Shown piece by piece: positions 20,555 to 31,628 of a stretch of DNA of 64,000 bases. The stretch lies in assembly GCA_965215125.1 (NCBI GenBank), contig OZ244052.1, positions 2,016,001 through 2,080,000 on the forward strand, written 5' to 3'. The stretch is from an uncultured candidatus Porisulfidus sp. Its GTDB lineage: Bacteria > Pseudomonadota > Gammaproteobacteria > Poriferisulfidales > Oxydemutatoraceae. Numbering within the stretch: the stretch's first letter is position 1; every line of letters starts with the position of its first letter. Below the pieces are notes generated by a model. The model was not told the origin of the DNA and made no database searches. It saw only the letters and a list, made by a program, of their open reading frames with translations. A program made the position numbers and the translations under genes.

Positions 20555-20736
20555 AGGGCTGTTGAAAAAGTATCCATGAACCGTAGGGGCGGATTTGCAT
20601 GTCTGCCCTTAGGGTGGCAGGCTGTGCCTGACGGGGTGGTTTATTCCCCTCCTTGTAGGGGCGGACTCGTATGTCCGCCCTTAGGGTGGCAGGCGCAATA
20701 GAACCGCCTATTGACCTACAAGTTCAATCGGCGGTT
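20555..20736. repeat. Composite intergenic repeat with two GTAG-REPs, a CCCCTCC module and a GAACCGCC hairpin overlapping the argF stop
   Basis: Same modules as 14175; the last hairpin arm TTCAATCGGCGGTT lies inside the argF 3' end. Confidence 0.8.
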
Positions 20737-21632
20737 GACTCGGTCATTAATAATTCCAGCAATGCTTTTTGGGCGTGCAGTCGGTTGCCGGCTTCTTCCC
20801 AGACAACGCTTTGCGCTCCGTCTATGACTTCGGCATCGACTTCTTCGCCACGATGTGCGGGCAAGCAGTGCATGAATAACGCATCGGGTTTTGCATGCTT
20901 CATCAATTTTTCATTAACTTGATAATCCTTGAAGTCTTGCAGACGTTTTTGCCTTTCGGTTTCTTGTCCCATACTTGTCCAGACATCGGTTACCACTAAA
21001 TCGGCATCCTTGACGGCCACATAGGGGTCGTCGACTAGTCGTACCGGTGGTGCAATTTTTGGCAACTGTGCATCATTTATTCGGTAGCCTTCGGGACTTG
21101 CAATCGTCAATTGAAACCCCAGCAACGATGCAGCATTCATGTAGGAATAACAAACATTATTTCCGTCTCCTACCCATGCAACCGATCGTCCTTTGATGTC
21201 ACCGCGCTTTTCAAAATAAGTCAGCATATCGGCGAGTAGTTGGCACGGATGGCAGAGATCGGTCAAGCCGTTGATTACCGGTATGGTTGTGTGTTCGGCA
21301 AAACATTCTAGGTTTCGGTGTGCGGATGTCCGTATCATAACCGCATCGACCATTTGAGATAAGACTCGGGCACTGTCTGCTATGGTTTCACCGCGGCCCA
21401 ATTGAGTGTCTTTGCTGCTCAGGAATATTGCGTAGCCGCCGAGTTGTACCATTGCGGTTTCAAAAGAAACGCGCGTACGGGTGGAAGACTTTTCAAATAT
21501 CATCGCAAGTGTTTTATTTGCCAAAGATTTGGAATAAGGGGCTTTTTTGAGGGCTATGGCTTGGTTGAGTAGCGTTCTGAATTCATCGGCACTCAAGTCT
21601 TTGAGCGTTAAAAAATGTCTAGGCTTTTTCAT
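20724..21632 (-). CDS. argF: Ornithine carbamoyltransferase
   Basis: SSTRTRVSFE, HPCQLLAD, WTSMG, HCLPAHRGEEV. Confidence 0.97.
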   Translation of the reverse strand: MKKPRHFLTLKDLSADEFRTLLNQAIALKKAPYSKSLANKTLAMIFEKSSTRTRVSFETAMVQLGGYAIFLSSKDTQLGRGETIADSARVLSQMVDAVMIRTSAHRNLECFAEHTTIPVINGLTDLCHPCQLLADMLTYFEKRGDIKGRSVAWVGDGNNVCYSYMNAASLLGFQLTIASPEGYRINDAQLPKIAPPVRLVDDPYVAVKDADLVVTDVWTSMGQETERQKRLQDFKDYQVNEKLMKHAKPDALFMHCLPAHRGEEVDAEVIDGAQSVVWEEAGNRLHAQKALLELLMTESTAD

Positions 21633-22786
21633 AGTTTCTCCACATCTTTAATCGTCAACGATAAGCGTTTTATCGCTTCGTCCGCTTCCTCAGTTGTGAG
21701 TATCAAAGGAGGCAATAAGCGTATTACGTTTTCTGCAGTCAAGTTGATCAGCAAGCCATGAGCAAGTGCAATGCGCACTATCCCGGTGCAAGGTTGTGCG
21801 ATTTCTATACCGATCATCAAACCCATGCCGCGTATCTCGTAAATTTTATCCGAAACAAGTTTGCTTTTGAGTGCGTCGAGTAAATAAGCACCGATCTTTG
21901 CCGCTTTCTCGCATAAATCATTTTTCTCTATCGTATCTAAAACTGCAAGTGCTGCGCGGCACGCAAGTGGATTGCCTCCGAAAGTAGAACCGTGTAGACC
22001 GGGCTTGAATAACCGTGCAATTTCTTTTTTAGCTAAGCAAGCACCAATCGGGACACCGTTGCCGAGTGCTTTTGCAGTAGTGAGTATATCGGGTTTGATT
22101 GCGCTGTGCTGATAACAATACCAGTGTCCGGTTCTGCCTACGCCGCTTTGTACTTCGTCGAGTATCAACAGTAAATTATGTTTATCGCAAAGTTCACGCA
22201 CCGACTTTAAGTAATCGTTGGGGGCGATACGGATACCGCCTTCTCCTTGTATAGGTTCAAGCATCACCGCGGAAAGTTCGGGTTCCGTTTCAATCAATTT
22301 TTTCAAGCTATCGATGTCGGCATACGGGATTTGTGTGAAGCCCGAGAGCAACGGCGCATAACAAGTATCGTCGGGTTGCGTTGCACTCCATGCAGCTATC
22401 GTGCGTCCGTGGAACGCTTTTTCCATTACTGCGATCATCGGATTTTCCCGATGATGTTTGCGTGCGTGAAGGCGTACTAATTTGATAGCAGCCTCGTTTG
22501 CCTCACTGCCGGAATTACAAAAAAAGACCGAGTCCAAGCCACTTATGGAGATGAGCTTGGAGGCTAGTTTTTCTTGTAGATCTATTCGGTAAAGATTAGA
22601 GGTGTGGAGTAAGCGATTAGCTTGTTCACGAATGGCTTCACTGACGGCAGGATGGGCATGCCCTAAACTACATACTGCAATCCCCGAGATCATATCGAGA
22701 TAACGTTGTCCGTGATAATCCGATAACCAGCATCCCTTACCCTCGTTGAACATTACTTCTAATCGGTTATAGTTCGGCATCAACAT
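21629..22786 (-). CDS. argD: Acetylornithine aminotransferase
   Basis: NSGSEANEAAIK, FHGRT, EPIQGEGG, DEVQSG, AKALGNG, HGSTFGGNP. Confidence 0.95.
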   Translation of the reverse strand: MLMPNYNRLEVMFNEGKGCWLSDYHGQRYLDMISGIAVCSLGHAHPAVSEAIREQANRLLHTSNLYRIDLQEKLASKLISISGLDSVFFCNSGSEANEAAIKLVRLHARKHHRENPMIAVMEKAFHGRTIAAWSATQPDDTCYAPLLSGFTQIPYADIDSLKKLIETEPELSAVMLEPIQGEGGIRIAPNDYLKSVRELCDKHNLLLILDEVQSGVGRTGHWYCYQHSAIKPDILTTAKALGNGVPIGACLAKKEIARLFKPGLHGSTFGGNPLACRAALAVLDTIEKNDLCEKAAKIGAYLLDALKSKLVSDKIYEIRGMGLMIGIEIAQPCTGIVRIALAHGLLINLTAENVIRLLPPLILTTEEADEAIKRLSLTIKDVEKL

Positions 22787-22808
22787 CGTGTTATGCAGTC
22801 CAATTAGA

Positions 22809-24488
22809 TTATAAGCACCCCATGGCTTTAATTCTATCGTATATCTCGTTAGTCAAATTCTCGGCAGTAGTGGTGCTGGTGTCTAGAGTCATCTCCGGAT
22901 TTTTAGGTACTTCGTAAGGGTCGTTAATGCCGGTGAAAGATTGGGTTAAATTATGACGTGCCCGCAAATAAAAACCTTTGATATCTCTATGTTCGCAGAC
23001 TTCCAATGGCGTACTCAGATAAATCTCTATATAGATGCCGTACTGAGAGATTAGCCTTCGGTTTTCCATGCGATCGGCTTCGTACGGCGCAATCGGTGCG
23101 CAAATTGCAATGCCGCCGTTTTTAGTGATCTCGCTGGCAACATAGCCTATACGCCGTACATTGATTGAACGGTGTTCTTTAGAAAAACCGAGCTCGCTCG
23201 ATAAGTTTGTGCGTACTATATCGCCGTCCAACAAAGTGACCCTGCGTTTACCGTGTTCTACCAACTTAACCATCAGCATTTTGGCCAGCGTGGTTTTGCC
23301 GGAACCCGACAAACCGGTAAAGAATATCGTGAAACCTCTATCTTTTAAGGGAGGATAAATTTCTTTTAGATATTTTGCGATGGTAGGCATAGTAAACCAA
23401 TCGGGTAATTTTTCTCCCTTTATCAGCATTTCTCGCATTTGTGTGCCGGAGATGGATAATAACTCCTCACCTTGCTTTTTGTCCTGTAGAAAAACATATT
23501 TCTTACGCGAAGGGCTATACGCCATTTCTTCAAATAATATCGGCTTAATACCAATTTCGTCACCATGCTTATTGAGTAAATCGTGGGCTTCTAAAGGTGA
23601 GTAAAAGTTTTTTCCTGCCGAGTCTTTGCCCGGTCCGGCGTGGTCGCGTCCTACTATGAAGTGAGTGCAACCGTAATTCTTACGAATCAATGCATGCCAT
23701 AATGCCTCTCTAGGTCCTGCCATGCGCATCGCCAACGGCAATAGCGATAGCATCGCGGTATTTTGGGGGTATTGACGCAATGCTGCGCGGTAGCATTTCA
23801 TACGCGTGTAATAATCTACATCGCCCGGTTTGCTAATACCTGCAATCGGGTGTATCAATAAGTACGCATGCTCTTTTTTTAATGCCTCTTTGGTCAATTC
23901 TATATGTACCCGATGCAAAGGGTTACGTGTCTGAAAAGCAATAACCTTTTCCCATTTTTTCCTTTTGAATATTGCCCGTAATGCTTTGGGTGTATGCCGA
24001 TATTTCACATAATCTATATGTCGGGGCAATTCAATCGCCTGCAACGGACCGCTAATATAAACGGGATTGGTAGACTGGAAAAGATAAGAGACTGCCGGGT
24101 GTTTTGGGTCTTGAGTGCCGAAAGTTTTTTCTGCTTCTGCTTGCAAGTCCGGTTTCCAAATTTCCTGCACTTCTATAATCGCAACCGCAAAGTGTTCCGG
24201 GTCGCGCAAGGCAATTTGGTCTCCGGTATTTAATGATTCGGCAAAGGACTCCGGAATATCAAGTGTAATAGGCATCGGCCAAAGCTGCCCATCTGCAAGG
24301 CGCATGTCGTTGACCACGCTTTCGTAGTCGGCTTGGCATAAAAAACCATGCAAGGGGTCAAATGCGCCGTTGAGCAATAATTCAATATCGCAAGTTTGTC
24401 GTGCGCTTAATTGCCAATACGGCAGGTGAAAAGCTTTTTCTATCGCTTCGTCCAGTTTTTTGGAAGATAATATCGCAGGAGAGCTCAT
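22809..24488 (-). CDS. sat: Bifunctional sulfate adenylyltransferase / adenylylsulfate kinase
   Basis: AFQTRNPLHRVH and GRDHAGPG (ATP sulfurylase) fused to GLSGSGKTT, LDGDIVR (APS kinase). Confidence 0.95.
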   Translation of the reverse strand: MSSPAILSSKKLDEAIEKAFHLPYWQLSARQTCDIELLLNGAFDPLHGFLCQADYESVVNDMRLADGQLWPMPITLDIPESFAESLNTGDQIALRDPEHFAVAIIEVQEIWKPDLQAEAEKTFGTQDPKHPAVSYLFQSTNPVYISGPLQAIELPRHIDYVKYRHTPKALRAIFKRKKWEKVIAFQTRNPLHRVHIELTKEALKKEHAYLLIHPIAGISKPGDVDYYTRMKCYRAALRQYPQNTAMLSLLPLAMRMAGPREALWHALIRKNYGCTHFIVGRDHAGPGKDSAGKNFYSPLEAHDLLNKHGDEIGIKPILFEEMAYSPSRKKYVFLQDKKQGEELLSISGTQMREMLIKGEKLPDWFTMPTIAKYLKEIYPPLKDRGFTIFFTGLSGSGKTTLAKMLMVKLVEHGKRRVTLLDGDIVRTNLSSELGFSKEHRSINVRRIGYVASEITKNGGIAICAPIAPYEADRMENRRLISQYGIYIEIYLSTPLEVCEHRDIKGFYLRARHNLTQSFTGINDPYEVPKNPEMTLDTSTTTAENLTNEIYDRIKAMGCL

Positions 24489-24636
24489 CCGAGTGTAATT
24501 TTCGTTTAGTGTCTAATAAGGCATTAATATCGGAAATAAAGGGCATATCATATTCTAATCTTGTGCAATGAGCAAGTAACTTATTCAAATTTATGAGTAC
24601 CAGCTAAGGTTTATCTTCTCATGCGGTTGCAGAGTT

Positions 24637-24890
24637 GGGACTGTTGAAAAAGTGCAGACATTGCACAAATTCAACCCCTGTGCGCCACATAATTATCCAA
24701 ACCCACCTGTAGGGGCAGTATAAAGCCGCCGATTGAGCCGGTAGGCCAATCGGCAACTCTGATGTCTGCTTTTAAGTACCGTTCTGCACAACACCAACTG
24801 CCCTACGCCAACAAATAATGGTTTCCGTAAATTGGATGAATATATAAATCATGCAGATACGACACAACCACCCCGTCAGGCGCAGCCTAC
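24637..24890. repeat. Composite intergenic repeat with a GCCGATT hairpin nested in the loop of a GTAG-REP
   Basis: GGGACTGTTGAAAAAGT..GTAGGGGCAG-[TAAAGCCGCCGATTGAGCCGGTAGGCCAATCGGC]-..ATGTCTGC..ACCACCCCGTCAGGCGCAGCCT. Confidence 0.75.
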
Positions 24891-24975
24891 GGGGTAATTG
24901 CAGATGCCACCGCATATAATTAAGCATAGATGCCACTAAAAGTAGAAAGTTTGAAGGGCATATACCTTAGAGGCT

Positions 24976-25004
24976 TTGCATAAGATAGAGTTACCTTATA
25001 TAAT
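24976..25004 (+). promoter_or_regulatory. Putative sigma70 promoter of sdhCDAB
   Basis: TTGCAT-17 bp-TATAAT ending 9 nt before the sdhC ATG. Confidence 0.55.
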
Positions 25005-25013
25005 TATTCCTCT

Positions 25014-25397
25014 ATGCAAGATTCATCCAGACCTCTGTCTCCTCATTTGCAAGTTTACAGGCTTCCTGTAACTGCGATATTATCTATAATGCACCGAATG
25101 ACAGGTGTTGTTCTGTCTTTAGGATTAGTGTTATTAGTCGTTGTCTTGGCGACTGCGGCATGGCATCGTGAAACTTACGAGGTTTTGAGAACCCTGTTGT
25201 CGCATTGGTTGGGGCAATTGTTTTTAATTGCGTGGATTGCAGCCTTGTATCTGCATTTGTGCAATGGTATACGGCATCTTTTTTGGGATGCAGGCATGGG
25301 CTTTGACTTGAGGAGAACAAATCAAACAGCTTATTTAACAGTTGCAGGTACTGCGATTTTGACTGCAGCGACTTGGTTGTTGGCATACTTACTATAG
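25014..25397 (+). CDS. sdhC: Succinate dehydrogenase cytochrome b556 subunit
   Basis: RPLSPHLQVYR, SIMHRMTG, HLCNGIRHLFWD. Confidence 0.96.
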   Translation: MQDSSRPLSPHLQVYRLPVTAILSIMHRMTGVVLSLGLVLLVVVLATAAWHRETYEVLRTLLSHWLGQLFLIAWIAALYLHLCNGIRHLFWDAGMGFDLRRTNQTAYLTVAGTAILTAATWLLAYLL

Positions 25398-25407
25398 GAA
25401 TAATCTA

Positions 25408-25782
25408 ATGAATTTAAGAACACCTTTATCTCGTGCTAAAGGACTCGGTTCGGCTAAAGAAGGTGTAGGGCATTGGTGGATGCAACGCGTCAGTTCGCTA
25501 TTTCTAATACCGCTCGTAATATGGGGCGCGTTTATGATGGCAACCCTCGGCGACTACGACCATTATCACTTTACGAAGTGGCTTGCCGAACCACTCAATG
25601 CGATTTTGATGATAACTTTACTCGTCGTCGTGTGCTATCATGCAGCATTGGGGTTGCAAGTCATCATAGAAGATTATGTGCATCTCACTGCAGTTAAAAT
25701 CATAAGCATCGTAGCGGTTTATCTGCTTTCGTTTTTCTTGGCTTTGACCGGAGTATTCGCAATCCTTAAAATTACATTTTGA
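25408..25782 (+). CDS. sdhD: Succinate dehydrogenase membrane anchor
   Basis: [33 protein letters not shown]. Confidence 0.96.
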   Translation: MNLRTPLSRAKGLGSAKEGVGHWWMQRVSSLFLIPLVIWGAFMMATLGDYDHYHFTKWLAEPLNAILMITLLVVVCYHAALGLQVIIEDYVHLTAVKIISIVAVYLLSFFLALTGVFAILKITF

Positions 25783-25783
25783 T

Positions 25784-27580
25784 ATGTCGTCTAAAGCATA
25801 CCGGATAGAAGAACATACACACGAGGTTATAGTCATCGGTGCCGGTGGCTCGGGCCTGCGAGCAACTTTCGGTATTGCCGAACAAGGTTTCAAGACTGCG
25901 TGTTTAACCAAAGTATTTCCGACGCGTAGCCATACGGTTGCCGCACAAGGCGGTATTAGTGCGGCACTCGCCAACATGGGAGAAGACGACTGGCGTTGGC
26001 ACATGTACGACACGATTAAAGGTTCCGATTGGCTGGGAGATCAAGATGCTATCGAGTATATGTGCAAAGAAGCCGCCGATTCGATTATAGAGCTTGAACA
26101 CTACGGCGTACCGTTCTCTAGGACCTCCGACGGGCGTATTTATCAGCGTCCTTTCGGTGGTATGACTACGCATTACGGTGAAGGTGTTGCACAGCGTACT
26201 TGTGCGGCAGCCGACCGCACCGGCCATGCTATTTTGCATACCCTGTATCAGCAATCACTTAAACACGATGCCGAGTTTTTTATAGAGTATTTCGCTATTG
26301 ATTTATTGATGAGCGAAGACGGGGCGTGTTGCGGTGTAATCGCTTGGAATTTGGCAACCGGAAAATTACATGTATTTCATGCGCATATCGTCATACTGGC
26401 AACCGGTGGCTATGGGCGAGTCTATTTTTCGTGTACCTCCGCACATACCTGCACCGGGGACGGTGGTGCGATGGTGTTGCGTTGTGGACTAGCACTACAA
26501 GACATGGAGTTTGTGCAATTTCATCCGACCGGTATATACGGTGCGGGTTGTTTGATTACCGAGGGTGTGCGCGGAGAAGGTGGTTATTTGACTAATGCTT
26601 TAGGCGAACGTTTTATGGAACGCTATGCGCCGAATGCCAAAGACTTGGCATCTCGCGATGTGGTGAGCCGCTCTATGTCTATGGAAATCAAAGAAGGGCG
26701 CGGCGTGGGATCCGACAAAGACCATATACATTTACATTTGGAACATTTGGGTCCCGAGGTGATACAAGAACGTCTGCCGGGCATCGCCGAATCGGCACGT
26801 ATTTTCGCCGGTATCGATGTCACACGCGAACCCATACCGGTGTTGCCTACCGTGCATTACAACATGGGTGGTATTCCTACCAACTATATGGGCGAAGTGC
26901 TGAAACTAGAAGACGGCAATCCGGACTATGTGGTACCGGGCTTGATGGCAATAGGCGAGGCTGCGTGTGTATCGGTGCACGGTGCTAATCGCTTGGGATC
27001 TAATTCCCTGCTCGATCTGATAGTATTCGGACGCGCTGCTGCGAAGCGGGCTACCGAATTGTTGTCGGCTTATCGCGGTCGTTCGGTACGGCGTGCCCCC
27101 GAGCAAGCCATTGACCGAGTCTTAAGCCGCTTTGACTATCTACGCAATGCCAACGGCGAATATGCGACTGCGGCACTACGCTTGGATATGCAAAAGACGA
27201 TGCAGCAATACGCAGCGGTATTTAGAACCGGAGAGAGCTTGCAAGAAGGCACCGATAAAATGAAAGTGCTTCATAGTCGGCTTGATGCACTGTGCGTAAG
27301 CGATCGTTCTATGATTTGGAATACCGATTTGGTAGAAACCTTGGAATTGACCAATTTATTACCGCAAGCCTTATGCACGATTACCTCGGCATTGAATCGA
27401 GAAGAAAGCCGAGGTGCGCATGCGCGTGATGATTTCCCCGAACGCAACGACGAGAAATGGTGGAAGCATACGCTGATTTATTGCGATGAGCAAGATACCC
27501 GCATAGACTATAGGCCGGTTCATACCCAACCGATGACCGACGAAGTAGAAGCGGTGCCGTTACAAGAACGCGTATATTAA
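25784..27580 (+). CDS. sdhA: Succinate dehydrogenase flavoprotein
   Basis: [39 protein letters not shown]. Confidence 0.98.
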   Translation: MSSKAYRIEEHTHEVIVIGAGGSGLRATFGIAEQGFKTACLTKVFPTRSHTVAAQGGISAALANMGEDDWRWHMYDTIKGSDWLGDQDAIEYMCKEAADSIIELEHYGVPFSRTSDGRIYQRPFGGMTTHYGEGVAQRTCAAADRTGHAILHTLYQQSLKHDAEFFIEYFAIDLLMSEDGACCGVIAWNLATGKLHVFHAHIVILATGGYGRVYFSCTSAHTCTGDGGAMVLRCGLALQDMEFVQFHPTGIYGAGCLITEGVRGEGGYLTNALGERFMERYAPNAKDLASRDVVSRSMSMEIKEGRGVGSDKDHIHLHLEHLGPEVIQERLPGIAESARIFAGIDVTREPIPVLPTVHYNMGGIPTNYMGEVLKLEDGNPDYVVPGLMAIGEAACVSVHGANRLGSNSLLDLIVFGRAAAKRATELLSAYRGRSVRRAPEQAIDRVLSRFDYLRNANGEYATAALRLDMQKTMQQYAAVFRTGESLQEGTDKMKVLHSRLDALCVSDRSMIWNTDLVETLELTNLLPQALCTITSALNREESRGAHARDDFPERNDEKWWKHTLIYCDEQDTRIDYRPVHTQPMTDEVEAVPLQERVY

Positions 27581-27634
27581 TGTGCAGAGAAGTATTAATG
27601 TATATCAACGGATGTAAAGACATGAGGGAGAACT

Positions 27635-28411
27635 ATGGCAGAGTTTAGATTACCGGCGAATTCTATAGTCAAAAAAGGCAATCACTATCCAGCTTCGGAT
27701 AAAAGCGAGAATACGCAACGTTTCATCGTTTATCGCTACGATCCTGATTGCGATGAAAATCCGCGTACCGACACCTACGATGTGAATATAGAGCAATGCC
27801 CTATGGTGCTGGATGCACTGATCAAGATCAAAAACGAAATAGATCCGACATTGACTTTCAGACGTTCGTGCCGTGAAGGTATTTGTGGTTCGTGTTCAAT
27901 GAACATAGCAGGACGCAACACTCTGGCGTGCATCAAACCTTTGGGCGAACTCGAAGGTGATATCAACATATATCCTTTGCCGCACCTGCCGGTGATTAAG
28001 GATTTGGTGCCCGACCTAGATAACTTTTATGCACAATACGCCTCTATCAAACCATGGATCAGAACTCAAACCCCGGCACCCGATAAAGAACGATTACAGT
28101 CGGTAGAAGATAGAGAAAAAATTCAAGGCTTGGAGGAGTGTATTTTGTGCGCCTGTTGCTCTACAAGTTGTCCCAGTTACTGGTGGAATTCCGATCGTTA
28201 TTTAGGACCTGCCACTTTATTGCAGGCATACCGATGGATTGTCGATAGTCGCGACGAAGCAACCGGTGAACGCTTGGATGAATTGGAAGATCCTTTTAAG
28301 CTATTTCGTTGTCATACCATCATGAACTGCGCAGATACTTGTCCCAAAGGACTCAATCCCGCTAAAGCAATTGCCGAAATTAAGAAATTATTGCTCGCTC
28401 GCCGCTATTGA
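27635..28411 (+). CDS. sdhB: Succinate dehydrogenase iron-sulfur subunit
   Basis: [37 protein letters not shown]. Confidence 0.98.
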   Translation: MAEFRLPANSIVKKGNHYPASDKSENTQRFIVYRYDPDCDENPRTDTYDVNIEQCPMVLDALIKIKNEIDPTLTFRRSCREGICGSCSMNIAGRNTLACIKPLGELEGDINIYPLPHLPVIKDLVPDLDNFYAQYASIKPWIRTQTPAPDKERLQSVEDREKIQGLEECILCACCSTSCPSYWWNSDRYLGPATLLQAYRWIVDSRDEATGERLDELEDPFKLFRCHTIMNCADTCPKGLNPAKAIAEIKKLLLARRY

Positions 28412-28464
28412 TAAAAAAACGCAAAGAAATTTATCGGACTCTCCGTATAGATTTCCGAAGAGCC

Positions 28465-28487
28465 GTAGGGGAGTTATTGAATCGCCG
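28465..28487 (+). repeat. Degenerate GTAG-REP
   Basis: GTAGGGGAGTTATTGAATCGCCG, imperfect hairpin. Confidence 0.4.
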
Positions 28488-28586
28488 TTTGCTGCAGTTG
28501 TACGAACGACGATGCCGTTCATACCCTTTTTTTATACCGTTCAAGATTTTCAATCTTGCATGACTTAGGTTTGAGTTATTATTGCT

Positions 28587-28832
28587 ATGAATGCCGAGAA
28601 AAAGCAACTCTATTGGATGTGTCGCCGCGGCACCAAAGAATTGGATGAATTAACACTACGCTACTTAAACGAATACTATGATCAAGCAAGTCGGGAACAT
28701 CGCCGAGCATTTAAGTCTATGCTACAACTATCCGACCCCGAGCTATACCAAATCCTCATCGGCGCGCAACCTTGCGATAACCGCGTGATAAATGAAATCA
28801 CAAAATGTATACGCCGAGAGTCTGTGGATTGA
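28587..28832 (+). CDS. sdhE: FAD assembly factor SdhE (YgfY)
   Basis: WMCRRGTKELD motif, L.LSDPEL. Confidence 0.93.
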   Translation: MNAEKKQLYWMCRRGTKELDELTLRYLNEYYDQASREHRRAFKSMLQLSDPELYQILIGAQPCDNRVINEITKCIRRESVD

Positions 28833-29253
28833 ACTACGTCCTTCTCGCATCGCACAAATACTCAAACTCGTATTCTATGTCTTAATCCTTGCATCTATAG
28901 CAACATGGTCGCTTCCATTAATTTGGAAATCGCTTGCCGGTCTATTTGTTATAGCTTGCTATGTATTAGACCATTTCGAGAACTGTATTGGGACTTTAGT
29001 TCGAAAAAAATACACCGATATTAAGGCAGTTGTACTGTCTTCCGATAAAGGTATAACTGCAACCCGATGTGGTTCGCAAGTTCGCGAAGTCCGATCTTTT
29101 AGGATAGAACATATACTATGCTACTATATCCAATTATATTTATGTTATGAGAACGGAAGTTATCAACGGCTTTACATTTTTCCCGATTCAATGGACGAAA
29201 GGGCTTTTCATAAATTCCGTTGCATGGGAGTACGTAATAAGGCTACAAAATGA
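28792..29253 (+). CDS. YgfX-like membrane protein
   Basis: LRPSR followed by two TM helices, C-terminal IFPDSMD..FHKFR; directly follows sdhE as ygfX does. Confidence 0.65.
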   Translation: MKSQNVYAESLWIELRPSRIAQILKLVFYVLILASIATWSLPLIWKSLAGLFVIACYVLDHFENCIGTLVRKKYTDIKAVVLSSDKGITATRCGSQVREVRSFRIEHILCYYIQLYLCYENGSYQRLYIFPDSMDERAFHKFRCMGVRNKATK

Positions 29254-29696
29254 CCGATACGATATATGTTAGACATACACACTTTAAACCCGATCTCGCC
29301 GGGTTGATGAACTTATACGGAAATAACTACCGATTGCTGAGCACGTTGCTGGAATATTTGGACGATAACCAAAATTCCATACGAAACAAAAATGGTTATA
29401 CCTTAAAAATACATAAAGGTCGTCACAGTCGCTACACGCAAAACATGGATCTGCATTATAGTTTCCACACCCGAAGGCGAGGACGCAAAATTACCGTAGC
29501 GATTGCCAGCTTCAAAGTTCAACTCTATTTAGATACCCGTCAAGTGGCAGTGGTTTGTAGTCAAATACAACTAAAAAAATCTTCTCCTATACGCAGCCTG
29601 CTCTTGTCGCTACAAACGAAATGGTACTATAACCGGTGCCTCGGAACCGTGTTAAGAAGTTTCTTTACTCACCGTATACCGACACAACTCCGGTAA
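29250..29696 (+). CDS. DUF1249 (YqiB-like) protein
   Basis: PDLAGLMNLYGNNYRLL, SRYT, VQLYLDTRQ, KWYYNRCL resemble the DUF1249 pattern. Confidence 0.65.
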   Translation: MTDTIYVRHTHFKPDLAGLMNLYGNNYRLLSTLLEYLDDNQNSIRNKNGYTLKIHKGRHSRYTQNMDLHYSFHTRRRGRKITVAIASFKVQLYLDTRQVAVVCSQIQLKKSSPIRSLLLSLQTKWYYNRCLGTVLRSFFTHRIPTQLR

Positions 29697-29847
29697 CGGA
29701 ATACCCTATATTCTCCTTATATAAAACCGTTCGTCGGGTATTTAGGGTGGTTCATAAAAATTAGGAAAACCGTGCTATGGGGTCTGGATAATCTATATGT
29801 TGGTTTGCCTTAGGGCATTAATTTACATATAATTCAAAGGAGTAAAA

Positions 29848-30193
29848 ATGAGTAGAATGATCAATCGAAGCACGGAAACTTTTCACGATGCACAAATTGG
29901 AACAAGCAGGAATGTCGAGAGCACAAGCGGAAATAATGGCGCGTGCGATTGACCGACAAGTATCAATGTCAATGCAAGAAGTGCTGGATAAAATAGACGC
30001 TCGTTTTGATGCGCACGAGGCACTCTACGAGGCACGTTTTCAGTCTATAGAAAACCGTATTGACGCTGTTGAAAAGCATATTGATATAGTTGAGAAAAGA
30101 TTATCGTGGCTATACGTAGAAAGCATTGTGTCTATATGTGTCATCGGTGCCGGCTTTACCGGTGTCATTATCGCTTTATTGCGTATGGGCTAA
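29848..30193 (+). pseudogene. DUF1640/CCDC90-like coiled-coil protein, probably frameshifted near the 5' end
   Basis: KLEQAGMSRAQAE, coiled coil and C-terminal TM in frame 29888; the SD-preceded ATG (AGGAG..ATG 29848) is out of frame by 1. Confidence 0.5.
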
Positions 30194-30206
30194 ATCGTTA
30201 TCTACC

Positions 30207-30249
30207 GGCGGACATGCGAGTCCGCCCCTACACTCAATCGGCGGTTCTA
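30207..30249 (-). repeat. GAACCGCCGATT arm fused to a GTAG-REP directly after the icd stop
   Basis: Minus strand TAGAACCGCCGATTGAGT-GTAGGGGCGGACTCGCATGTCCGCC. Confidence 0.8.
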
Positions 30250-30250
30250 C

Positions 30251-31594
30251 TTAGTTCGCTTCGGATTTTATATGTTCAATAATGGCATCACCGAAACCCG
30301 AAGTGGTGACTAATTTGGCTCCCGGCATAAGTCTTTGCAGTTCTTCGCTTATGTTTCCCAGCTTGGGTCCTCTTGCGGCGGGAATACCGCCGCGTACCCT
30401 TGCAAGGTCGTAGGTTACGGTCTTGTTGGAGATAGCCGATGCGATGCCGTGAATTACCAAATCGGCAGCTTCGTGCCATCCGATATGTCTTAGCATCATT
30501 TCTGCGGAAAGAATGATTGAACCAGGGTTGACGCGATTCTTACCGGCGTATTTGGGCGCGCTACCGTGGGTTGCTTCAAACACCGCAACTTGATCCGACA
30601 TATTAGCCCCCGGTGCGATGCCGATACCGCCCACCTGAGCCGCCAAAGCGTCGGAGATATAATCGCCGTTCAAGTTAAGTGTCGCAATCACGTCGTATTC
30701 GTCCGGTTTAAGAAGTATTTGCTGTAGAAAATTGTCCGCGATAATATCCTTGATTAGAATGGTCTCTCCCGAGTATTTAGGGTTCTCTATCGTACACCAA
30801 GGCCCGCCGTTCAATTCTTTAGCCCCGAATTCGGAGACGGCAAGTTCGTATCCCCAGTTGCGAAACGCACCTTCGGTATATTTCATGATATTACCTTTAT
30901 GTACCAGCGACACCGATTGACGACGGTTTTCTATTGCGTAGCGTATTGCTTTTCTAATCAAACGTTGTGACCCTTCTCGGGATACCGGTTTGATGCCCAA
31001 GCCGCAATGGTCGGGGAAGCGTATCTCGGTCACATCCATTTTGTGCTTCAGAAAATCCAAAACTTTTTTGACATTGAGTGAGTCGGCTTTCCATTCTATA
31101 CCGGCATAGATATCCTCGGTGTTTTCACGGAACACGACCATATCGGTAGTCTCGGAATCTTTGAGCGGGGTGGGTGTGCCGGAGAAGTAACGTATCGGTC
31201 TAACGCAGGCAAATAAATCCAGTTGCTGACGAATTGCAACATTCAAAGAGCGTATGCCGCCGCCGACCGGTGTCGTTAGCGGTCCTTTTATAGCAATGCT
31301 GTATTCGTTGATTGCATCATAAGTCTCACTCGGCAACCATTGATTCTGTCCATAAAGCTCAATCGCTTTTTCACCGGCATAAATTTCCATCCATTCAATA
31401 CGCCGTTTATCGTTGTAGGCGTATTTGACGGCGGTGTCTACAACTCTGCGCATCACCGGTGTCACATCAATACCAATACCGTCTCCTTCAATAAAAGGAA
31501 TGATCGGACAATCCGGCACCGAGATGCTACCGTCCGCCGACATCTTTATTATTGCTCCTTGCTGCGGAACTTTGATGTTACTACTTTTTGCCAT
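30251..31594 (-). CDS. icd: NADP-dependent isocitrate dehydrogenase
   Basis: [52 protein letters not shown]. Confidence 0.97.
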   Translation of the reverse strand: MAKSSNIKVPQQGAIIKMSADGSISVPDCPIIPFIEGDGIGIDVTPVMRRVVDTAVKYAYNDKRRIEWMEIYAGEKAIELYGQNQWLPSETYDAINEYSIAIKGPLTTPVGGGIRSLNVAIRQQLDLFACVRPIRYFSGTPTPLKDSETTDMVVFRENTEDIYAGIEWKADSLNVKKVLDFLKHKMDVTEIRFPDHCGLGIKPVSREGSQRLIRKAIRYAIENRRQSVSLVHKGNIMKYTEGAFRNWGYELAVSEFGAKELNGGPWCTIENPKYSGETILIKDIIADNFLQQILLKPDEYDVIATLNLNGDYISDALAAQVGGIGIAPGANMSDQVAVFEATHGSAPKYAGKNRVNPGSIILSAEMMLRHIGWHEAADLVIHGIASAISNKTVTYDLARVRGGIPAARGPKLGNISEELQRLMPGAKLVTTSGFGDAIIEHIKSEAN

Positions 31595-31628
31595 TTGTGC
31601 TTTAAGAAATCCGGATCGGCTTAGACGA

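Noticed and set aside
14175-20736. Short palindromic repeats as a CRISPR array
   Set aside because: Dispersed, degenerate and nested; no regular repeat-spacer periodicity and no cas genes
25014-28411. Alphaproteobacterial-looking sdhCDAB as a recent horizontal transfer
   Set aside because: This Sdh type also occurs natively in several gammaproteobacterial orders, and its composition matches the core genes
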